From an uncultured Nitrospirales bacterium (lineage in GTDB: Bacteria; Nitrospirota; Nitrospiria; Nitrospirales; NS-4), in contig CAZSUT010000003.1 of the NCBI GenBank assembly GCA_964610095.1, positions 19,278-83,277 on the forward strand: a stretch of 64,000 nt of DNA, given 5' to 3'. This document shows positions 57,300 to 64,000 of the stretch, in pieces. The notes under the pieces are model-generated. The model ran no database searches, was not told the DNA's origin, and was given only the letters and a program-made list of their open reading frames with translations. Position numbers and translations under genes: made by a program. The first letter of the stretch is position 1. Each line of letters starts with the position of its first letter.

Positions 57300-58484
57300 T
57301 TAGTACTGTTGACTGCTCGACTTCCCAGCGGGGAGATTGTAGGGAAACGCCTTGACCGTTATTCCATCGGAAAGACTGGCTTTGCCCACCACGACGACGT
57401 CTTCGGAGCCCGTGAGCCCTTCTGTGACTTCGACCCAGACGCCGTCATCAATATCGGTCTTGACCGGCACCCTTCGCGCAACCCCCTGCTCGACGACGAA
57501 CACAGCCTTGGTTGAATTGGACGAGACCAACGCGGCAGGGGGGATCACCAAGGCGTCCCGATGCTGACGGAGTGACAGCACCACTTCCACAAACATCCCG
57601 GACACCAAAGCCTCCCCTGGATTGGGGATATCGATCTCCACCAGCATGGTGCGGGTACTGGGATCAAGCGACATCGTGGAGCGGGTAACGGTCGTCTCGA
57701 TCTTTTTTTCCGCCGGTTCCTTGAGAACGATTGTGGCCGGCGTGCCCTTCTTCACGAAGGGCGCATCCTCCTGAGGAACATTGACATAGACTCGCAGCGT
57801 GGACACATCCATGATCGTGAAGAGAGGCACCGCCTGCGTCGCGGAAGACGTGGCAACTTGAATGAGCGCGCCGGGGTCGGCAAACCGGGCGGTCACCACC
57901 CCGTCGTATGGCGCGCGCACCTTCGTGTAATCCAACCACGTCTGTCTTTGCTCCAAGAGATGCTTTGCGGCCTTCGCCGACGCCTCGGCCACATCAACAT
58001 CCTGTTTGGCGATGACGTCGGGCGCCTCCTTCCGGACCTGCGCGAGCCGCTCGTAGGTCACCTTCTTAATGGTGTAGTCCGCCAGCGCCTGCTCGTACTG
58101 CTGCTCGATCTCCGGCGCGTCGATCACCGCCAGGACTTGTCCCTGCTTCACCTGGTCTCCTTTGTCGTAATTGATAGCCTTCAGATAGCCGGAGACCTTG
58201 GCATAAATCGTCGTCTGGTGAAGGGGCGAAACGGTTGCCGGCAAGCGGAGCGTGGCAGCCACGTCGCGCCGTGCTGGTTTGACAACCTGCACTTCCGGGA
58301 CGCTCCCGGACTCCTTGGCCGCCCCAAGAGTCTTGGCGGAGGATGGAGATGCTTTCGGATCGACGGGCTGTGTGCCCGATTCCAACACCCAGAAACCAGC
58401 ACCGAGCAGGAGCGCAACGCCGACACCGACCACCAATAACTTCATCCGTGGCCTTTTCGGCGCGAGAGGTTCCTCAGGCGGCAT
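57300..58484 (-). CDS. RND efflux periplasmic adaptor (MFP); alternative start 58499
   Basis: TM anchor; KVSGYL...KGDQVKQGQVLA.IDAPE, VRAPYDGVV, DPSTRTM. Confidence 0.9.
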   Translation of the reverse strand: MPPEEPLAPKRPRMKLLVVGVGVALLLGAGFWVLESGTQPVDPKASPSSAKTLGAAKESGSVPEVQVVKPARRDVAATLRLPATVSPLHQTTIYAKVSGYLKAINYDKGDQVKQGQVLAVIDAPEIEQQYEQALADYTIKKVTYERLAQVRKEAPDVIAKQDVDVAEASAKAAKHLLEQRQTWLDYTKVRAPYDGVVTARFADPGALIQVATSSATQAVPLFTIMDVSTLRVYVNVPQEDAPFVKKGTPATIVLKEPAEKKIETTVTRSTMSLDPSTRTMLVEIDIPNPGEALVSGMFVEVVLSLRQHRDALVIPPAALVSSNSTKAVFVVEQGVARRVPVKTDIDDGVWVEVTEGLTGSEDVVVVGKASLSDGITVKAFPYNLPAGKSSSQQY

Positions 58485-61400
58485 GGGACGCTCTTTCATT
58501 CGGCGCAAGGGCAGCCATGCTGTGCAGGATCGGGACCACGAGCAATGTCATCACGCACGAAACCGCGACCCCGCCGATCACGGCGCGGGCCAGAGGCATA
58601 TTGGCTTCCGCGCCCTCGCCGAATCCTATAGCCATGGGGAGCAGGCCCAAGCACGTCGCCAGCGCCGTCATCAGGACCGGCCGTAGCCGCAGGCGACCGG
58701 CCATGACGACGGCCTCCTGAGCTGGAATGCCGTCCTGCATGAGGGCGTTGGCGAAGTCCACCACCAAGATGCTGTTCGACACGACGATCCCAATCATCAT
58801 CAAGGTTCCGATCAGCGATTCCAGATTAACCGAGGTGCCCGTGAGCAGCAGCATCCAGACGACCCCGATGAACCCCAGCGGCACGGCCACGAGAATCACG
58901 AGCGGGTCGCGATATGAGCGGAACAGCCCCACCATGACCAGGTACACCAGCACCGCCGCAAGCGGCAGCGTCACGGTAAAACCTCGGATGGTCGCTCGCA
59001 TGCTGTCGAGTTCCCCTTTCATCACCATCGTCACGTCCTTGGGCAGCGTCACGCCGGCCAGCGCGTGCTCGACCCGCCGGGCCACGGTCCCAAGGTCATT
59101 GCCAGCCACACCGAACATCACATCCACAGCGCGCTGCAAGTCATAGTGATCTATCGTCTCTGGGCCAGTTTTCCGCTCCATCGTCACCACATCCTTGAGC
59201 AGGACCGGCAGCTTATTCCCATCGCCGGCATACAAGCCACTGGAAGGCAAGGTCGGCATGCCCGCGAATGGCGTGTTCTGGAGCGAGAAGGTCGAGCCGC
59301 CAAGCCGACCTGAGCCCACCACCGTGACCGGCAGATCGGTGATGCGAGCCCCAACCAGAGGAGTCAACAGGAAGTCTTCAAACCGCGTCAGGTTCTGCTC
59401 GGGATATTGCGCCACCACGAAATAGGCGTTGTTGGTCTTGGGGTCGATCCAATACCCTGGGTCGCCGCTGATGTTCGAACTCAACGCTGTGACCACATCC
59501 GACAACACCTGTTGCTCGGTCAAGCCCAGCAACCCCGCCTTCACATGGTCCACGTTCAGATGGATCTCCGGATACTCCATTCCCTGCCGGACCCGCACAT
59601 CGAGCGTCCCGGGGACGGACGCCACGACGTCGAGGATCTTCGTCGCCGCGTCATTCAGGTCGGCCAGCTTCGGTCCGCTGATCTTGATGTCCACGGGGGC
59701 TGGAAGCCCGGCGTTGATCACGTCGCCGACCACTCCGCCGGTCTGGAACGAGAACTTGAGTCCCGACACGTCACGGCGGAGATCGGCACGAATCCGGTCT
59801 ATGTACTCGTCGGTCCGTCCCGCGTGCCCTTTGACGAGGCTGACTAGGACGAACGCCTGGTGCGGGCCGGCGACTGGCGTGTACAAGACCATCCACCCTT
59901 GCGGCAACCCCACGTTCGACACGATCTGATCCAATTCGCCCTTGGGGATGTCCTTGCGGATGATCTCTTCGATGCTCCCTACGATGGCCTCGGTCTTTTC
60001 CAACCGCGTGCCTTCCGGCGCGGCCACATGCAGGATGAACTCACCGGCGTCCACCTTGGGAAAGAATTCCGCCGCCAACTGAGGAGCCAGCGCCATCGAC
60101 ACGACGAAGACCCCCGCGACAGCGGAGATGACGATCGCCTTGCGCCTCAATCCCCACCGCAAAAACGCCACATAGGCATTCGCCAGGATCTCAAACAGGC
60201 TGAACCGCCGCCCGCCCTCCTGCGCAAGCGCCCCTTCCCGATGATAGGCCGCGATGGCCACCGGCGCCACCGTGAGGGAGGTGATGTACGAGGCCCCCAT
60301 CGCGTATGCCACCGCCAAGGCCAGCGGGACGAACAGAAACCGGATCGTGCCGGTGAAGAACATGATCGGCAGATAGACGATCAGAATGCTGACCGTGATG
60401 ACCAGCAGCGGCAGCGCGACTTCAGAGGCCCCATCCGCCGCTGCTTCCCTGACCGACTTCCCCATCTCCAGATGCCGGTGGATGTTCTCCAACACGACGA
60501 TGGAGTTATCCACCAACGTGCCCACGGCCAGGGCCAGCCCGCCCAATGTCATGATGTTAATAGAATGGCCGGTGAAGTAGAGCAACACCAAGGCGGTGGT
60601 GATGGACAGCGGAATGGCCAGCGCGATGATGAGCATGGATCTGACACTGCCGAGGAACAGCAGGATCATTACGCAGGCCAGCCCCCCGCCCAGGAGCATC
60701 TCATGTTCGACGGTCGCCAGCGCCTGCCTAATGTACAGGGACTGGTCGAAGATCAGCTTGGCCTCCAGATCCGCCGGAATTCCTTTCAGCTTGGGCAAAG
60801 CTTCCCGGATGCCATCGAGCACGGCCAGGGTGTTGGCTCCCGCCTGCTTGAGGATCGGCACGTACACGGAGCGCCGTCCGTTCACCCGCACGACATTCAC
60901 CTGGACCGCCGTGGAGTCCGCCGCCGTGCCGACATCCTTGAGATAAACCGGGACCCCGTTGACGACTTTGATCGGGAAGTCATTCATCTCCTTGACCAGC
61001 GAGACGATGCTGTTGCTGTAGACGTTGTAGTCGAAGTCGCCGATCTTGACATTCCCTGCCGGCACCAGGAGGTTCTCGGCGTTGACCGCCTTGACGATCT
61101 CGTTCGTGCTGATCCCGCGCGCCAGCATCTTCTCGCGATTGAGAAAGACCGTGATCTGGCGCACTGAGCCGCCGAACGTGGGCGGGAGCGAGACGCCCTG
61201 GACCGTGCCTAACTGCGGACGGATCGAGAAATAGGCGATGTCGCGGACCTCCTTCTCGCTGAGGGTCGCGCTGCTCAAGGTCAGATTGGCGATCGGCAGA
61301 TTCTGCGCCCCGAACTTGATGATCGTCGGCGGAAACATCCCTTTCGGCATGAACCGCAGGGCGGAATAGGTCAGGCTGGTGATCTCGGCCAAGCCGGCGT

Positions 61401-61698
61401 CGACATTGTAGTTGGGATGGAAATAGATCTTGATCAGGCTGACGCCGGGGAGCGAGCGGGACTCGATGTGCTCAACGTAGCTGGCCTGAAGGAAAAGCTG
61501 CTCGAGCCGCAGGGTGATGGCCCCTTCCATCTCGGAAGGACCCATGCCTTTGTAGAAGGTGGCGACCGCCACCACCGGGATGTTGATCTCGGGGAAGATG
61601 TCCCGGACCATCTTCTGGTAGGACACCACCCCCAGGATCACGACGATCAGGCTGATCGCGACCACCGCATAGGGGTTCTTGAGCGAAGCGCGGACCAT
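58474..61698 (-). CDS. RND efflux inner-membrane permease (AcrB/AcrD/AcrF family)
   Basis: DIFPEI, INIMTLGGLALAVG.LVDNSIVVLEN, FFPKVDAG, RLRPVLMT, PLARAVIGG. Confidence 0.92.
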   Translation of the reverse strand: MVRASLKNPYAVVAISLIVVILGVVSYQKMVRDIFPEINIPVVAVATFYKGMGPSEMEGAITLRLEQLFLQASYVEHIESRSLPGVSLIKIYFHPNYNVDAGLAEITSLTYSALRFMPKGMFPPTIIKFGAQNLPIANLTLSSATLSEKEVRDIAYFSIRPQLGTVQGVSLPPTFGGSVRQITVFLNREKMLARGISTNEIVKAVNAENLLVPAGNVKIGDFDYNVYSNSIVSLVKEMNDFPIKVVNGVPVYLKDVGTAADSTAVQVNVVRVNGRRSVYVPILKQAGANTLAVLDGIREALPKLKGIPADLEAKLIFDQSLYIRQALATVEHEMLLGGGLACVMILLFLGSVRSMLIIALAIPLSITTALVLLYFTGHSINIMTLGGLALAVGTLVDNSIVVLENIHRHLEMGKSVREAAADGASEVALPLLVITVSILIVYLPIMFFTGTIRFLFVPLALAVAYAMGASYITSLTVAPVAIAAYHREGALAQEGGRRFSLFEILANAYVAFLRWGLRRKAIVISAVAGVFVVSMALAPQLAAEFFPKVDAGEFILHVAAPEGTRLEKTEAIVGSIEEIIRKDIPKGELDQIVSNVGLPQGWMVLYTPVAGPHQAFVLVSLVKGHAGRTDEYIDRIRADLRRDVSGLKFSFQTGGVVGDVINAGLPAPVDIKISGPKLADLNDAATKILDVVASVPGTLDVRVRQGMEYPEIHLNVDHVKAGLLGLTEQQVLSDVVTALSSNISGDPGYWIDPKTNNAYFVVAQYPEQNLTRFEDFLLTPLVGARITDLPVTVVGSGRLGGSTFSLQNTPFAGMPTLPSSGLYAGDGNKLPVLLKDVVTMERKTGPETIDHYDLQRAVDVMFGVAGNDLGTVARRVEHALAGVTLPKDVTMVMKGELDSMRATIRGFTVTLPLAAVLVYLVMVGLFRSYRDPLVILVAVPLGFIGVVWMLLLTGTSVNLESLIGTLMMIGIVVSNSILVVDFANALMQDGIPAQEAVVMAGRLRLRPVLMTALATCLGLLPMAIGFGEGAEANMPLARAVIGGVAVSCVMTLLVVPILHSMAALAPNERASHAA

Positions 61699-61777
61699 TT
61701 AGGAAGTAATTCTAAGAGAGCATCGCGTCAGGGTCAAGGAAAGAGGGGGATCGAGGTGTCGCACGGGAAGTTCAGGG

Positions 61778-61855
61778 TGGTGGTCCCAACGGGATTTGAA
61801 CCCGTGTTTATGCCTTGAGAGGGCACCGTCCTAGGCCAGGCTAGACGATGGGACC
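61778..61855 (-). tRNA. tRNA-Glu(CTC)
   Basis: GGTCCCA..GTGCC-CTCTCAA-GGCAT..GTTCAA..TGGGACC-A-CCA. Confidence 0.96.
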
Positions 61856-62019
61856 CCTGGTCGTGATGGAATTAACCTAAGCGGTTGAAAACAGCGGCAC
61901 CTTAACGGAAACATTGCCGGCTTGTCAACACACAACCATCCTTGCGCGGGTCAGCTGCCAACTGCTATAACGTGACTGATTACCGGTTATTCTCGGTCGC
62001 ATAGGAGACTGAACACAAC

Positions 62020-62442
62020 GTGGGCGGAATCAATCCATATATTGAAAAATCGGAAGTCGAACTCCCGAAGAAGGCGTACAAAATCACCTTCCGCCGCCCG
62101 GAGGGTCCGCCCATCGTTTTTGAGGTGGATCCGAGCAAGTTGCCCTATGGTCCGACAGGCCTCCCCGGCAGCATTCTGGACATCGCGCTCAATGGAGGAG
62201 CCGGCATTGATCTCGAGCATGCGTGCGGTGGAGTCTGTGCCTGCTCGACCTGTCACGTGAAAGTGGTCAAAGGGCTGGAGTCCTGCAATGAACCCACGGA
62301 TGACGAGCTCGATCAGCTTGATGAAGCGCCGGATATCGGATTAAATTCCCGCCTGGGTTGCCAATGCGTCCCGAACGGGAGCACGGACATCGAGATCGAG
62401 ATTCCCGCCTGGAATAAGAATCTCGTCAAGGAAGGACATTAA
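62020..62442 (+). CDS. fdx: 2Fe-2S ferredoxin (ISC/adrenodoxin type)
   Basis: HACGGVCACSTCHV..SRLGCQ; AGGAGA RBS. Confidence 0.92.
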   Translation: MGGINPYIEKSEVELPKKAYKITFRRPEGPPIVFEVDPSKLPYGPTGLPGSILDIALNGGAGIDLEHACGGVCACSTCHVKVVKGLESCNEPTDDELDQLDEAPDIGLNSRLGCQCVPNGSTDIEIEIPAWNKNLVKEGH

Positions 62443-62450
62443 CGCGCCTT

Positions 62451-63161
62451 TCAATCGTAGGTTTCGAACTTCGCCTCCTTCCGACCAAATCCCAGTTCCG
62501 ATAAGTATGTCTTGAGCGGCCTGATGAAGGCCTTCGTCCCGCAGACCATCGGCAAAAAGTCCTTCCGCCCCTGCCACAACGACGCGAGGATCTCGCTCTC
62601 CGACCGCCGTTCCTCTTCCGCCGGCCCGCTCCCATCCAAGACGGTCGGAAGATACCGGAAGGCTTTGTGGCGCGCCGCCATCTCTTGAAGCTCGTCGTGA
62701 TAGATCCGCTCCGTCTGTGTGGGTGAGCCGTAGATCAAAGTCGCTTGACACGACACAGGACCCTCGAACAATTCCCGAAGGATGCACCGAATCGGAACAA
62801 TGCCAGTGAATCGCGCCACCAAGACGAGGTCTACGGTCAACGGGCGAGGAACCGTGAAATTCCCGTAGGGCCCCGCCAAGATCAGTTCATCCCCTTCCTT
62901 GACTGACGAGAGATAGCCGCTCCCCAGCCCACCCGGAACCCGGTCGAACACCAGTACCAACTCTCCGGAAGAGGATTCCGGCTCGGCCATCGAGTAGGCC
63001 CGCGTCAACGGCGGGCGCTCCCCTACTGGGAGTTTGAGCGACACCCACTGGCCTGGTTTGAAGGAGATCTTCGACTCGAGAGGAATGAGGACCAGCTCAC
63101 GGACCGTCGGGGAGAGCGTTCGCGCCCGCGTCACCTTGGTCCGTTGTGTCGGTTCACCCAT
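62451..63161 (-). CDS. FAD/NAD(P)-binding oxidoreductase (FNR/flavin reductase family)
   Basis: FKPGQW, RAYSMA, GLGSGYL, GPYGNF, TGIVP, CG..F, ETYD terminus. Confidence 0.85.
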   Translation of the reverse strand: MGEPTQRTKVTRARTLSPTVRELVLIPLESKISFKPGQWVSLKLPVGERPPLTRAYSMAEPESSSGELVLVFDRVPGGLGSGYLSSVKEGDELILAGPYGNFTVPRPLTVDLVLVARFTGIVPIRCILRELFEGPVSCQATLIYGSPTQTERIYHDELQEMAARHKAFRYLPTVLDGSGPAEEERRSESEILASLWQGRKDFLPMVCGTKAFIRPLKTYLSELGFGRKEAKFETYD

Positions 63162-63187
63162 GTGGAGAGACAAGAGGAAAGGGGAAG

Positions 63188-63261
63188 TGGCTGGGGGACT
63201 AGGATTCGAACCTAGGTAGACAGATCCAGAGTCTGTCGTCCTACCACTAGACGATCCCCCA
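63188..63261 (-). tRNA. tRNA-Gln(CTG)
   Basis: TGGGGGA..ACAGA-CTCTGGA-TCTGT..GTTCGA..TCCCCCA-G-CCA. Confidence 0.97.
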
Positions 63262-63301
63262 ACCAGCAACGTGTGGTAGCGTCCCTGCAATTATCGGTGG
63301 C

Positions 63302-64000
63302 TCAGCGCATCAAGTCAATGGCCTTCTTCAGCCGCGACACCGTCCGCTGCCGCCCCAGCAGCATCATGACTTCAAAGATACCCGGGCTGGCAGTGCGGCC
63401 CGTGAGCGCCACTCGCACCGGCTGAGCCAGCTTGCTCATCGAGAGCCCTGTCTCAGCTATGACGGACTTGAACGCGCGTTCGAGCTCGTCATGCTCGAAC
63501 GAGGGAACCTGATCGAGCGCGGTGATCAGCTTGGTGAAGGCGGGTTTCAGCGCCGCGGTCAGGAATTTTGTCGCCGCATCGGGATCCACAGCAATCGAGT
63601 CTTGGCAATACGGCGCGGCCAGCTGCGCCATTTCCAGGAGAGTGCGCGAACGCTCGCGAAAAGCCTTCACCAGTCGTTCGAGCCATGTCTGGTCGGGCTG
63701 ACCATGGGCAGCCAACAAGCCTTGCCTCCGCAGAAACGGCACCAAGAGATCTGCCACCCGCTTCACGTCCGCATGTTTCAGGTAATGACTGTTCAACCAG
63801 AGCAGCTTTTCCGGGTCGAACGCCGCAGGGGCTTTGTTGATGTGATCCAGGGTGAACTTTTCGATCATCTCCGGTACGGCGAATACTTCCTGATCCCCAT
63901 AGGACCAGCCCAGTCTCACCAGATAGTTGACCAGTGCTTCCGGCAGGTACCCGGCCTCCTGGTACTCCAGCACCGAGGTGGCGCCATGTCGCTTGGACAG
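63302..64000 (-). CDS. gltX: Glutamate--tRNA ligase, C-terminal part (5' end outside window)
   Basis: LSKRHGA (KMSKS-like), GYLPEALVNYL.RLGWS, QPVRVALTG...SPG. Confidence 0.95.
   Translation of the reverse strand: MSKRHGATSVLEYQEAGYLPEALVNYLVRLGWSYGDQEVFAVPEMIEKFTLDHINKAPAAFDPEKLLWLNSHYLKHADVKRVADLLVPFLRRQGLLAAHGQPDQTWLERLVKAFRERSRTLLEMAQLAAPYCQDSIAVDPDAATKFLTAALKPAFTKLITALDQVPSFEHDELERAFKSVIAETGLSMSKLAQPVRVALTGRTASPGIFEVMMLLGRQRTVSRLKKAIDLMR

Noticed and set aside
55918-61698. Heavy-metal (CusA/CzcA) pump
   Set aside because: I did not see the CusA Met triad or GVAAEFG-type motif, there is no His-rich adaptor tail and no CusRS/CzcRS; substrate left unassigned

Overview
High-GC (visually about 60-65%) core-genome window that reads as Nitrospirota (Nitrospira-like), inferred from gene content and synteny, not from a marker gene. 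From left to right: partial nadK, a ferredoxin-NADP reductase-like flavoprotein, fumC and citrate synthase; a CHASE2 adenylate cyclase / SH3 / M48 peptidase trio; HU, a desaturase, an M28 peptidase, a DUF3365 heme protein and tRNA-Thr; a lipoprotein whose caspase domain lacks the catalytic dyad; ubiA; and an 11.8-kb minus-strand respiratory cluster. That cluster holds two CydA-like subunits with no CydB, cytochrome b, a PRC-barrel-Rieske fusion, five c-type cytochromes and an EbdC/NxrC-like heme-b protein. Next come hpnH and tRNA-Cys, then a tightly packed 10-gene run: shc, hpnG, mlaEFDC, a POTRA-less Omp85, pagL, dxs and ispG. The right part carries DnaJ, PilZ, smc, ChaN, an Rrf2-TauE-porin unit, SixA/CHAD/Pit/DUF47, an RND-MFP-TolC-macrodomain unit, tRNA-Glu, a 2Fe-2S ferredoxin, a flavin reductase, tRNA-Gln and partial gltX. 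I found no CRISPR array, integrase or transposase. The two best candidates for undescribed systems are the hopanoid-linked Mla/Omp85/PagL lipid-trafficking run and the CydB-less bd-like/bc respiratory cluster. All product calls come from motif recognition by eye; no database searches were run. Many start codons were moved downstream of the ORF-track starts using RBS or promoter evidence.
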